This document shows positions 10,006-19,738 of a stretch of 64,000 nt of DNA, piece by piece; positions within the stretch are counted from its first letter, which is position 1, and every line of letters starts with the position of its first letter. Position numbers and translations under genes: made by a program. The notes below the pieces were generated by a model. That model saw only the letters and a program-made list of their open reading frames with translations, searched no databases and was not told the DNA's origin. Source of the DNA: Candidatus Thalassarchaeum betae (GTDB lineage: Archaea; Thermoplasmatota; Poseidoniia; Poseidoniales; Thalassarchaeaceae). Where the stretch lies: positions 51,720 to 115,719 of the forward strand of contig PSPG01000004.1 in assembly GCA_003193925.1 (NCBI GenBank), in the 5' to 3' direction.

Positions 10006-11067
10006 ATGCCGCGACCCCGTATCGTGTCAGACCGTTGGATCGAGTGCGTCCCGAACATCAGCGAAGGCAGGGACGAAGAAGTCATCGAGGAGATTGTGGA
10101 CTCTGCAAGGGGGTTCCACGGATCGGCTGTACTCAGTGCTGAACCCGATGCGGACTACAATAGAACGGTCATCACAATCGCAGGTCAGGCCGAACCAGTT
10201 ACGCAGGCGGTGATATCACTGATTAGGAAATCTGCTGAACTAATAGACATGAGGCTGCACTCTGGTTCCCATCCTCGAATGGGGGCTGTAGATGTATGCC
10301 CATTCGTGCCCCTCGCCGAAGGTACACATGGCGATTGCATGGCTTCAGCAACGTCAGTTATGGAAGCTGTTGGAGATGATATCCCTGTGTACTTGTACGG
10401 AGACGCAGCGACATCTCAACCGCGGGCGCAATTGGCTAAACTCCGAAGAGGTCAGTATGAAGCCCTTGAGGCGAGGCTATCAGGAGGTGTATGGGATGAT
10501 GAAGATACCAGATTTCCGGATCGCTGGTCTGGCTCGTGGGGTGAGTCCGAGAAGAGGTTCGGGGCAATGGCGGTTGGGGTCAGACCGGTATTGGTCGCAT
10601 TCAACGTGAATGTTGACGAATCAGAGCCCCTCGTGTCGAAAGCTGCGGCACAGCTGATTAGGACCTCGGGTAGGCTAATCAAAGGCACTGATGGGAAAAA
10701 GATGAGAATTCCCGGGATGCTCCAGAACGTACAGGGAATGGGAGTCGGCCTGCCCACGAAAGGGATTTGCCAGGTTTCTATGAACCTACAGGATGTGTCC
10801 ATCACACCCTTGCACATGGCATTCGAGGCAGTCAATTCAATCGCCGCAGATCATGGTGTATCCACATGTGGGAGCGAATTGATCGGACTAGTGCCGTTGT
10901 CAGCAGTACTCGAAAGCGGCAGATGGTATCATGAAGATCCTGGCTCAGCGAATGCAGAGGAGTTAGTTGATGCTGCCGTTATGGGGCTGGGATTGGACCA
11001 ACTCGAGCCATTCGATGCCCACAACAGCATCATAGAGTGGTCTTTAGCAAGGAATCTCGGTGATTAG
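10006..11067 (+). CDS. Glutamate formimidoyltransferase (FTCD N-terminal-type)
   Basis: 353 aa with the FTCD_N fold. It is adjacent to and overlaps the cyclodeaminase-domain gene, within a hutU-hutH-hutI neighbourhood. Confidence 0.75.
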   Translation: MPRPRIVSDRWIECVPNISEGRDEEVIEEIVDSARGFHGSAVLSAEPDADYNRTVITIAGQAEPVTQAVISLIRKSAELIDMRLHSGSHPRMGAVDVCPFVPLAEGTHGDCMASATSVMEAVGDDIPVYLYGDAATSQPRAQLAKLRRGQYEALEARLSGGVWDDEDTRFPDRWSGSWGESEKRFGAMAVGVRPVLVAFNVNVDESEPLVSKAAAQLIRTSGRLIKGTDGKKMRIPGMLQNVQGMGVGLPTKGICQVSMNLQDVSITPLHMAFEAVNSIAADHGVSTCGSELIGLVPLSAVLESGRWYHEDPGSANAEELVDAAVMGLGLDQLEPFDAHNSIIEWSLARNLGD

Positions 11068-11686
11068 CATGAATGGCGGGTACGAAGATGTTCTCCATCA
11101 TATAGCATCTGATTCACCCACCCCTGGCGGTGGTTCGGTAGCCGCACTCTCCCTCGCTCATGCCCACGCTCTTGCCTCTATGGTGGCAAGACTGACTCTA
11201 GGCAAGGAAATATGGCAATCAGGGCACGAATCCGCTAATCACGTGCTTTCCGAGTCATCCGTTGGTCAGCAGACAGCGCTAACCCTTGCACATCGCGATG
11301 CTGAATCTTTCCAAGCTGTCATGCAGGCTTACCGATTACCCAACTCCGGCGACCATGAAGTATCTACTCGCAAGGCCGCGATTATGGATGCTTACATAAT
11401 AGCTACATCAGTTCCCTTAGAGACCGCTCAGAATGGACTGGGACTTCTCCTATTACTGGATGAGATGGCCATGTCATGCAATGCTAATGCTATTACAGAT
11501 CTGGCGGCTTCCGCAGAGATGGCCAACACCGCCATCATTATTGCAGGATTGAACGTGAGAATTAATCTGCAGTCACTACCCGATGTTAATGCTGATGCGT
11601 TCTCCAATGAATTGGCTGATGTCAAGGAACAAGCCTCGTCGCTAATTGGAAAAATCAGAACCACCGTGGAAGACAGGATGAAATGA
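11060..11686 (+). CDS. Formiminotetrahydrofolate cyclodeaminase (FTCD C-terminal domain-type)
   Basis: 208 aa. 'SPTPGGGSVAALSLAHAHALASMVARLT' is typical of the cyclodeaminase/FTCD_C family. It overlaps the formimidoyltransferase gene by 8 nt. Confidence 0.7.
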   Translation: MISMNGGYEDVLHHIASDSPTPGGGSVAALSLAHAHALASMVARLTLGKEIWQSGHESANHVLSESSVGQQTALTLAHRDAESFQAVMQAYRLPNSGDHEVSTRKAAIMDAYIIATSVPLETAQNGLGLLLLLDEMAMSCNANAITDLAASAEMANTAIIIAGLNVRINLQSLPDVNADAFSNELADVKEQASSLIGKIRTTVEDRMK

Positions 11687-11687
11687 T

Positions 11688-13697
11688 ATGGAATTCCAAA
11701 ACGATGTGGTGCATGGGATTCCACAATACATGCCCGAAATTAGGGGGTTGGATGACACGGTTGATCACGCTCCTCGCCGGCCCAGCGTCCTGAATGCTTC
11801 TGAGAGTCGGGAAGCCCTGAGCAACGCCCTGAGGTACTTCCCCAAGGATTGGCATGGAGAGCTATCAGCAGAATTTGCTGACGAGTTAAACGCATACGGT
11901 CACATCTACATGCATAGGTTCCGACCCTCATATCCAATGCACGCACGTCCGATTTCCGAGTATCCAGCAAAGATCGGGCAGGCCTCCGCAATAATGATGA
12001 TGATTCAGAACAACCTAGACCCTGTATTAGCGCAATACCCGCATGAGTTAGTCACCTATGGAGGCAACGGCACTGTATTTCAGAACTGGATCCAGTATCG
12101 ACTGACGATGGCGTATCTGGCCAAGATGAATCAGGACCAAACTCTGGTCATGTACTCCGGGCACCCCCTCGGGCTGTTTCCATCCAGCTCAGGAGCACCC
12201 CGAGTAATTATCACTAATGGCATGGTGGTCCCTAACTACTCCTCCCAAGCCGAATACGAGCGCATGAGCGCCATGGGAGTCTCACAATACGGACAGATGA
12301 CTGCTGGCTCTTACATGTACATAGGCCCTCAGGGAATAGTCCACGGGACTACAATAACCATCCTGAATGCTGCTAGGATGTACCTTGGCCTGACTACCGA
12401 TGATGGACTTGGGGGCGTTATGTTCGTCACGTCGGGTTTGGGAGGCATGTCGGGAGCGCAGGCGAAAGCTGCTGTGATTACTGGGGCTGTAGCTGTTATT
12501 GCAGACTGCAATGAGTTCGCGGCCAAGAAGTGTTTCGAACAGGGCTGGCTATCCGAATTACACTACGACCTCGATGGAATCATTGACAGAGCCCTCGATG
12601 CCAAGCGGAACTGCGAGGCTGTGTCATTAGGTTACGTAGGCAATGTCGTAGACCTGTGGGAGGCTTTGTATGAACGGGGGGTTTGTCCTGAACTGGGGAG
12701 CGATCAAACCAGTCTGCATAATCCATGGTTAGGAGGGTATATGCCTGCGGGCCTCAGTTACGACGAAGGACTGGAACTGCTGGAGGCCGATCCCCCGAAA
12801 TTTAGGGAAGCCGTCGAGGCATCGCTTGTCCGCCATGCTGATGCTGTGAACAAACTGACTAAATCTGGTATGCACTTCTGGGATTATGGGAATGCATTCC
12901 TGCTCGAGGCTGGTAAAGCTGGTGCTGATGTGATGGCTCCTGATGGTGTTTCATTCCGCTATCCCTCTTATGTCGAGGACATTATGGGTCCGATGTGTTT
13001 TGATTTCGGATTCGGCCCTTTCCGATGGGTCTGCACATCCTGTTCTGATGAAGACTTGGCTGCAACTGACCGAATCGCAGCCGACATACTGCGCCGTCTC
13101 GCACATATTGCGCCGGCGGAGACCAGGCTCCAGTATCTGGATAACCTGAGATGGATAGAGCAGGCCAGAGAGCACGGGCTTGTAGTTGGCAGTAAAGCTA
13201 GGATCCTCTACGCCGACGAAATAGGTAGAAAGGCTATCGCCTCAGCTTTCAATCGAGCCATCTCAGAGGGAGTTGTTTCAGCGCCTATAGTCCTTGGAAG
13301 GGACCATCATGACGTGGGGGGGACGGATAGCCCTTATCGCGAGACTGCGAATATCAGGGATGGTTCGATGTTCACCGCCGATATGTCGATACAGAATTTC
13401 GTCGGTGATGCCTTTAGAGGTGCTACGTGGGTCAGCCTCCACAATGGTGGTGGTGTTGGCTGGGGCGAAGCCATCAATGGTGGCTTCGGACTAATCATCG
13501 ACGGTTCAGAGGATTCTGAGATGCGGATTCAGTCAGTGCTAGCGTGGGACGTCAATAACGGCATAGCAAGACGTGCATGGGCCCGCAATCCCGGTTCAAT
13601 AGCAACGATCGAACAGGCAATGGGCAGAGAGCCTCTACTCGATGTTACCATGCCAAATTCAGTAGATTCAGAGATACTCAACTCACATTTCAATTAG
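11688..13697 (+). CDS. hutU: Urocanate hydratase (urocanase), long form with a ~90-aa N-terminal extension
   Basis: 669 aa. The conserved core runs 'NNLDP…YGGNGTVFQNW', through the NAD-binding 'GLGGMSGAQ' motif, to the C-terminus. The N-terminal 'LRYFPKDWHGELSAEFADELNAYGHIYMHRFRP' precedes the point where typical ~560-aa bacterial HutU begins. Confidence 0.9.
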   Translation: MEFQNDVVHGIPQYMPEIRGLDDTVDHAPRRPSVLNASESREALSNALRYFPKDWHGELSAEFADELNAYGHIYMHRFRPSYPMHARPISEYPAKIGQASAIMMMIQNNLDPVLAQYPHELVTYGGNGTVFQNWIQYRLTMAYLAKMNQDQTLVMYSGHPLGLFPSSSGAPRVIITNGMVVPNYSSQAEYERMSAMGVSQYGQMTAGSYMYIGPQGIVHGTTITILNAARMYLGLTTDDGLGGVMFVTSGLGGMSGAQAKAAVITGAVAVIADCNEFAAKKCFEQGWLSELHYDLDGIIDRALDAKRNCEAVSLGYVGNVVDLWEALYERGVCPELGSDQTSLHNPWLGGYMPAGLSYDEGLELLEADPPKFREAVEASLVRHADAVNKLTKSGMHFWDYGNAFLLEAGKAGADVMAPDGVSFRYPSYVEDIMGPMCFDFGFGPFRWVCTSCSDEDLAATDRIAADILRRLAHIAPAETRLQYLDNLRWIEQAREHGLVVGSKARILYADEIGRKAIASAFNRAISEGVVSAPIVLGRDHHDVGGTDSPYRETANIRDGSMFTADMSIQNFVGDAFRGATWVSLHNGGGVGWGEAINGGFGLIIDGSEDSEMRIQSVLAWDVNNGIARRAWARNPGSIATIEQAMGREPLLDVTMPNSVDSEILNSHFN

Positions 13698-13710
13698 CGC
13701 GATGTTCTAA

Positions 13711-15270
13711 TTGGCGCATGCCCTGCGACGTTTGATGCCTTTGCGCGTGATAGAGCTGGATGGCTCCTCCCTAGTAGTTGAAGATGTCATAGACGCAGGA
13801 CGTGGTCTGGCTACAGTTTGTATCAGCGACTCGTCTAAAATCACGATGCAAGCTTCCAGAGAAGCCGTATTGAGGATACTCGATAGCGATAGGGTAGTCT
13901 ATGGCATTAACACTGGCTTCGGGGCGTTGTCATCTGTTACGATCGACCCGACTCAACTGGAAGAGCTGCAACGCAATCTAATCCGAAGTCATGCTTGTGG
14001 GGTCGGCGAACGCATGCACCCGGAACACGTGTTGATGATGATGGTCATTCGAGCCAATGCCATAGCCAAGGGCAACTCTGGCGCCAGAGTCGAACTGACA
14101 GAGTTACTGGCGTCGATGGTCAATCACAGAATCGCCCCCGTGATCCCCCGTATAGGCTCCCTGGGTGCTTCGGGAGATCTCGCTCCTCTGTCCCATCTGA
14201 CACTCGGGTTAATCGGCGAGGGAGAATGTAACATCATAGGGGACAACGGCTCCTGGGAAGTTGTCCAATCCGACTCCGCACTTCGCAGCGTCAGACTGGA
14301 GCCTTTAGTGCTCCAAGCCAAGGAAGGGCTGACTCTGATTAACGGGACTAGCCAGATGTGCACATATCTAGCGTTATGCGTGTCTAATCTTGACCATCTT
14401 CTTCTTGCAGCAGATGCTGCAATCTCTTGCTCGCTGGAGGCGATACGGGGTTCACACTCTCCCTTCGATCATCGAATCCACGAAGCACGCCCCCAAGTCG
14501 GTCAATCGATATCGGCAGCCCGAATCAGCGCTCTCCTCGCTGATTCCAGAATCAATGATTCACATGCTGATTGCGATCGCGTCCAAGACGCATATTCGTT
14601 TAGGTGCTCACCACAGGTACACGGCCCGGTGATAGAACTGTTGCGGGAAACTCGCAGGATGCTCGAAATTGAACTGAATAGCGCTACAGACAACCCGCTC
14701 GTCTTCACCGATGGTAAGATGGATGATGTCATCAGCGGTGGCAACTTCCATGGTCAAAACCTTGCTCTTGCAAGCGATTATCTGGCCATCGCATGTCATG
14801 AATTGGCTAGCATCTCCGAGCGGAGGATCAATCAGGTTCTAGACCCTCAGTGGAGCGGTCACAACGCTTTCTTGGCAAACCATGAAGGTTTGGAAAGTGG
14901 CTTGATGATCATCCAGTATGTGGCTGCTGCACTAGTCGCTGAACTTCATTTGATGGCTCAGCCAGCTACTACGAGCAACGTACCTGTCAGTTTAGGAAAG
15001 GAAGACCACGCATCGATGGGCGCCACGGGTACATACAGAACATTCAGAGCCACAGAGTTCCTCTCCCAGGTAATCGCAAATGAGATGATTTGCTCCGCAG
15101 AAGCACTCGACAGAATAGTTGAGAGACCCGGCAAAGGGGTTGCTTGCGTGGCCGATTGGATTAGGTCACATGTCCCTCCTCTCGAAGCAGACAGGGGGAT
15201 GACTGCGGACTGCGAGCGTCTTTCATCAGCCCTGTTGAAGGGAGAGTTGTCCTCCGCTTTGGGGGATTAG
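13711..15270 (+). CDS. hutH: Histidine ammonia-lyase
   Basis: 519 aa. The MIO-forming 'GSLGASGDLAPLSHL' (ASG) motif and overall PAL/HAL fold are present. Confidence 0.9.
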   Translation: MAHALRRLMPLRVIELDGSSLVVEDVIDAGRGLATVCISDSSKITMQASREAVLRILDSDRVVYGINTGFGALSSVTIDPTQLEELQRNLIRSHACGVGERMHPEHVLMMMVIRANAIAKGNSGARVELTELLASMVNHRIAPVIPRIGSLGASGDLAPLSHLTLGLIGEGECNIIGDNGSWEVVQSDSALRSVRLEPLVLQAKEGLTLINGTSQMCTYLALCVSNLDHLLLAADAAISCSLEAIRGSHSPFDHRIHEARPQVGQSISAARISALLADSRINDSHADCDRVQDAYSFRCSPQVHGPVIELLRETRRMLEIELNSATDNPLVFTDGKMDDVISGGNFHGQNLALASDYLAIACHELASISERRINQVLDPQWSGHNAFLANHEGLESGLMIIQYVAAALVAELHLMAQPATTSNVPVSLGKEDHASMGATGTYRTFRATEFLSQVIANEMICSAEALDRIVERPGKGVACVADWIRSHVPPLEADRGMTADCERLSSALLKGELSSALGD

Positions 15271-16002
15271 ATGCAAGAAAGGCTGCACATGTCCCATCAT
15301 CCCGGGACCGATCCACCCCCCTTCGAGGCCTCGGTAATCGACGTAACAGACGATTCGCTGATTCTGTCTCAATCGTACTGTTACCCCCGTGGAGGCGGTC
15401 AACCCGGTGATACAGGGTTATTCATTCATGACGGGATTGGAAGGGGGTTCTCCGAGACCCTCGGTGGAGAGTTTATCCGCCACCCAGTCGATGAGATTAC
15501 TGATTTCTCAGTGGGGGACGAAGTCAGGTGCGTGATTGACGGTGAGCGGCGGAACAGACATGCCAAGATGCACACCGCCCAGCACATCATCTCAGCTTTG
15601 GCTGATGACTTATGGGGTGCGGAGACGGTTGGTAATCAAATCAGCACAGAATACACCAGAATCGACTTCCTGTTCCCGAACAGGGACGAATACGACTCCG
15701 AAACCCTGGCTGATGCTGTGAATTCGGTCATAGGCTCCGGAACCCTCGTTAGCGTACATGAATGGCCTAGAGATGCCGTGAGGGAGCACGAGCATATGCG
15801 GCACACGAATTTCATGGAGAGGATTCCCTCCTTCATCACGGAACTGAGAGTCGTTGAGATAGAGGGGATCGACCTTTGTCCGTGCGCAGGTACCCATGTT
15901 GGCTCAACTAATGATATAGAGCCCATCGTCATAACCAATGTCAAATCTAAGGGCGCTGGAAAATTCAGGATCACCTATCAGTTTGAAAATGAAACATTAT
16001 AG
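15271..16002 (+). CDS. alaX: Alanyl-tRNA editing protein AlaX-M (AlaRS/ThrRS second additional domain)
   Basis: 243 aa. 'HTAQHII' (HxxxH) and 'CPCAGTHV' (CxxxH) are the zinc-binding editing-site motifs. The gene starts immediately after the hutH stop. Confidence 0.8.
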   Translation: MQERLHMSHHPGTDPPPFEASVIDVTDDSLILSQSYCYPRGGGQPGDTGLFIHDGIGRGFSETLGGEFIRHPVDEITDFSVGDEVRCVIDGERRNRHAKMHTAQHIISALADDLWGAETVGNQISTEYTRIDFLFPNRDEYDSETLADAVNSVIGSGTLVSVHEWPRDAVREHEHMRHTNFMERIPSFITELRVVEIEGIDLCPCAGTHVGSTNDIEPIVITNVKSKGAGKFRITYQFENETL

Positions 16003-16017
16003 GTACCTAACTATTAG

Positions 16018-16090
16018 TGGGCTCGGCAGGAATTGAACCTGCGATCTTCGCCATGTCAAGGCGACGTCATAACCCCTAGACCACGAGCCC
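16018..16090 (-). tRNA. tRNA-Val (anticodon GAC)
   Basis: Minus-strand sequence GGGCTCG TG GTC…GAC G TCGCC TTGACAT GGCGA AGATC GCAGG TTCAATT CCTGC CGAGCCC A. It has a 7-bp acceptor stem, 5-bp anticodon and T stems, the T-loop TTCAATT, anticodon GAC and no encoded CCA. Coordinates are ±1. Confidence 0.85.
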
Positions 16091-16564
16091 TAGAGAATTC
16101 GACCTAGGAGGGAGTTGCAAATGAAGCATTCTCTAGATGCAATTAACCGACAATCTTCGAAATTCTCCCATCACATCCGTAATTGGAACAGCTACCAGAC
16201 AAACGAGTTCGGCCATTGCTCATGACTATCTTCTTCGCATTCAATATACGGCAGTAGGTCTTGCACTTGAGGCAGAAACCCATTTCCTGGCCGTCCACGA
16301 ACGTGGATCTGTGATTTCGTATTCAATGCATCTCCGAGGGGGGATTCAAAGTATAATATTCAATGATATACTCAAATCGATGTACTACGACTCTGTTATC
16401 AACATTTTTCAGGATAAGTTTTCCGATAAGTGCTCTTATCGGTCACATGACACACGGTAAGATACACTGTCACGAGATAAACAGACTGGATTCGCTACGC
16501 AGATGTTGAAAAATTATCTTCATAGTACTTATTAACTGTAAAAATGAGAATAGGTTTGTAGTCA

Positions 16565-17848
16565 TTAGGGAGAATTTACAATAAAGCCGTCGATAATGGA
16601 ATGCGATATCGGATTCTCCCCCGGAGTCTGACACCAACCATCGACCGATTCGGACCACAGAATGTTCAGATCAGCCCGTGAGCCCACAGCGAGGGTGCCA
16701 CTGACATCGGAACCTCGCAGTGTGGTGGCTGGGTTCCTAGTCACACTGACCAGTGCTGCGAGTGGATCGATCCCCATGCGATTGGAAGCTAGGTTGCCGA
16801 TGAATGGGATGGAGAGGATACGACAATTGGGATTGAAGTCTGTTGCGAGGGAGAATGCCCACCCTTCCTCCATGCAAGTCTGAACAGGCAGGTCCAGAGA
16901 CGCTCCCATGACGTAGGGAGTTCCCGGAAGGAAGGTCTGCATAGTGCCACTGTCCGAAGCGGCCTTACGTGCATCGAGCCCGGATTTTGCGACGTGGTCT
17001 GCACTGACTGCTCCAATGTCAGCAGCAAGTGCCAGTCCACCTGAGTCCTCAAACTCGTCCACGTGTAGCCTGGCGGGTAATCCAAGTTCCTTGGAAGCCA
17101 GGACGATCGCCTCTGTCTCATCCGTGCTGAACCATCCGGGCTCACAGAACACATCGGCCCAAAGTGCGATACCTTGATCCATGACGCTTGGCAGTTGCTC
17201 AGATATCAATTGATCGAGATACTCTGACCTGGTGCAATCAGAGGGGAAATCGTGACCACCTAGCCAAGTGGGGAACAGATTCACCCTAGTGTGTCTGCTT
17301 AACTCATCTACAGCCTCCAGAAGCCTCAGTTCAGATTCCACACTGAGTCCATATCCGCTCTTGACCTCCATCGAGGTGGTTCCCAGTGAAGATGCATAAT
17401 CCAACCTGCTCATGCCCACTGAAAGCAAATCCTCGATTGACATGGATCGCGTGCTTGCCACGGTCTTCGCTATACCGCCACCGAGTTCTGCTATCTGACG
17501 ATAAGTCAGTCCGGACTGTCTGAGTCTCATTTCCGAGGAACGATCCCCGCCCCATAGCAAGTGAGTATGCGAGTCGACGAAACCGGGAACGATTGCACGA
17601 CCACCAGCATCAACCACGGACAGTTCGGCAGAAATGTCTCTTTGCCCGTCCCAGCCCGGTGCGTATTCCGCGATCAGAGATTGAGAGTCTGTAATCTGGA
17701 CGATAATGCCTCTTTCGATCAAAATACCCTGTCCGGGAGGATATATGTTGTTACTGCGGTCTGACATGTCATCCCCGGTAAGCGGTTCACGGACGTCTCC
17801 CAGGCAGAGATGGGCTAGCTCACCGGAGTTCACAATAAGCGTCCGCAT
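16565..17848 (-). CDS. hutI: Imidazolonepropionase
   Basis: Amidohydrolase fold with 'GFVDSHTHL' metal-binding histidines and overall HutI similarity. The ORF opens at 17929; I place the start at the internal Met at 17848. Confidence 0.85.
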   Translation of the reverse strand: MRTLIVNSGELAHLCLGDVREPLTGDDMSDRSNNIYPPGQGILIERGIIVQITDSQSLIAEYAPGWDGQRDISAELSVVDAGGRAIVPGFVDSHTHLLWGGDRSSEMRLRQSGLTYRQIAELGGGIAKTVASTRSMSIEDLLSVGMSRLDYASSLGTTSMEVKSGYGLSVESELRLLEAVDELSRHTRVNLFPTWLGGHDFPSDCTRSEYLDQLISEQLPSVMDQGIALWADVFCEPGWFSTDETEAIVLASKELGLPARLHVDEFEDSGGLALAADIGAVSADHVAKSGLDARKAASDSGTMQTFLPGTPYVMGASLDLPVQTCMEEGWAFSLATDFNPNCRILSIPFIGNLASNRMGIDPLAALVSVTRNPATTLRGSDVSGTLAVGSRADLNILWSESVDGWCQTPGENPISHSIIDGFIVNSP

Positions 17849-17897
17849 GAGCCGCGACAGCCATGATGCTTGAAAGGACTGTCTGCCTCGAAGGCAC

Positions 17898-18908
17898 ATG
17901 AGCGCGGTGATACTGGGCATCGAGAGCACGGCCCATACCCTTTCCTTTGGATTTGTTGACGTGGAAGGTGTTGCCTATCCCTCCGAATCTGCCGTATTCA
18001 AGCCTGAAGAGGGCGGTATCCACCCCAGAGAGGCTGCTGATCATCATTCCAAAGTCGCTGGTGAATTACTGAAGAGGTTCATGGAGACCCACGAATTGTC
18101 ACGGAGGGATATCGATGCAGTCGCTTTTAGCCAAGGCCCGGGATTGGGCCCGTGCCTGAGAGTAGGGGCTTCCATCGCAAGATCCCTCTCTCATTCTTGG
18201 AATATCCCCCTAGTAGGCGTGAACCACTGTGTCGCCCATATTGAGATCGGCAGGAGTCAGACTGGCTGTGATGACCCTGTATTGCTGTATGTGAGCGGTG
18301 GTAACACCCAAGTGATCGCGCGTGCTAACGAAAGGTACCGCGTACTCGGCGAAACCCTCGACATCGGTATTGGCAACATGCTGGACAAGTTCGCCCGCGC
18401 TCAAGGAATCCCGTTTCCGGGCGGACCAGAAATTGAGCGACTCGCAGCTGCTTGGACCGCTGACACGCCCGGTGCTGAATTAAGCGGCGTATCCCTCCCA
18501 TACGGAGTCCAGGGGATGGATCTCACATTCTCGGGAATTCTGACTGCAGCACAGCAGAAGACATTGGACGGTAATCCACTGAGAGAGGTGTGCTGGTCCT
18601 TGCAAGAGCATTCCTTCGCCGCTTGTGTAGAAGTTGCAGAAAGGGCCATGGCCCACACCGGTAAGGAGGAGTTGTTACTGGGTGGGGGGGTTGCATGCAA
18701 CGAGAGATTGAGGGAGATGTCGCAAATTATGTGCGGAGAGAGAGGAGGAGAATCGTTCTGGCCTGCAAGGCCCTTCTGTGTTGACAACGGAACCATGATT
18801 GCCGAGCTCGGTCGGCGTATGATTGACTCCGGAACGATAACTTCACTCACGAACAGCGCGGTGTCACCCGGACTGCGCACGGATCACACCATCGTCACAT
18901 GGGATTGA
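17898..18908 (+). CDS. kae1: tRNA N6-adenosine threonylcarbamoyltransferase Kae1 (KEOPS catalytic subunit)
   Basis: 336 aa. 'ILGIESTAHT' and 'HCVAHIEIG' (metal-binding HxxH) belong to the ASKHA fold typical of Kae1/TsaD. Confidence 0.9.
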   Translation: MSAVILGIESTAHTLSFGFVDVEGVAYPSESAVFKPEEGGIHPREAADHHSKVAGELLKRFMETHELSRRDIDAVAFSQGPGLGPCLRVGASIARSLSHSWNIPLVGVNHCVAHIEIGRSQTGCDDPVLLYVSGGNTQVIARANERYRVLGETLDIGIGNMLDKFARAQGIPFPGGPEIERLAAAWTADTPGAELSGVSLPYGVQGMDLTFSGILTAAQQKTLDGNPLREVCWSLQEHSFAACVEVAERAMAHTGKEELLLGGGVACNERLREMSQIMCGERGGESFWPARPFCVDNGTMIAELGRRMIDSGTITSLTNSAVSPGLRTDHTIVTWD

Positions 18909-18973
18909 TACCGGCCAACCGAGAACACTTATGAGAGTCTGTTGCTCGCCATGGGACGGAGTCTGATTATCTA

Positions 18974-19738
18974 GTGCAGAGGCGACGTCGACCTAAGGCC
19001 GCTGGTTCACAGACCAAGCCGGCAAAGAAAGAGGAACCCAAGCCGCGGAAGACGCAATCCAGTGCCCCGGGGCCCGTGCCCGGACCGCCTCCCGCTATTG
19101 GTATCAAACCAGAACCCGGCTCTATTCCTGACGAGGCAGGACAAGCACCTCAGGAAGTATCGCCCGAACCTATACCCACTGAAGACGAAGAGTCTGTGGT
19201 TCAGAGTCAGATTCTTGGCGGTCCGAAGAGGAAATCCATCGGATTGCAGCCGATCACGGATGCAAGGCCCACCGAAACCCAAGTTCAATCCATCAGCCCC
19301 AAAGCACAGGAGCTGATTGAGGAGAGCAGGCATAAAGCAAGCCAATCTGAGGAAGAGTCTGACGGAGAGTCCGATGAGACTGAAGAAGAGAATGAAAAGC
19401 CTGTTGTCGTTATACCGAGGCCCGTAACCCCGGTGGTAGTAGTCACTAGGAAGTTCAGACGTCGCAGACGCATCTTCCAGGCTGCAAATCGTGCCAAGCG
19501 CCTCGATAGGAGCAGACACATGGAGTACAAATACGAAGTTCGTGGACTGATGGATGAGATTGGGATCCTCGACGAACACCGTTCCAACATACTCGGCTCA
19601 ATCTGGGCCAAGGGTGAGAGGCAGACCGTTTCGGATGCCAAGGAATACCTCGAGGGAAAGTTATCGGAGGGGATAATCACCGAAGACCAACTGTCGAGAC
19701 TTTGCGCGGTCATCGATGACTACACCATCAGGAGGTGA
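18974..19738 (+). CDS. Hypothetical protein: disordered Pro/Glu/Lys-rich N-terminal ~165 aa plus a conserved-looking ~90-aa C-terminal domain
   Basis: 254-aa ORF directly downstream of kae1 on the same strand. The C-terminal segment '…HMEYKYEVRGLMDEIGILDEHRSNILGSIWAKGE…GIITEDQLSRLCAVIDDYT' looks globular. No kinase (Bud32) motifs are present. Confidence 0.45.
   Translation: MQRRRRPKAAGSQTKPAKKEEPKPRKTQSSAPGPVPGPPPAIGIKPEPGSIPDEAGQAPQEVSPEPIPTEDEESVVQSQILGGPKRKSIGLQPITDARPTETQVQSISPKAQELIEESRHKASQSEEESDGESDETEEENEKPVVVIPRPVTPVVVVTRKFRRRRRIFQAANRAKRLDRSRHMEYKYEVRGLMDEIGILDEHRSNILGSIWAKGERQTVSDAKEYLEGKLSEGIITEDQLSRLCAVIDDYTIRR

Noticed and set aside
16137-16460. 107-aa plus-strand ORF in the low-GC region next to tRNA-Val
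   Set aside because: No family resemblance. The region is AT-rich with promoter-like character, and the ORF overlaps a more interesting minus-strand 4-Cys small ORF. It is probably non-coding.
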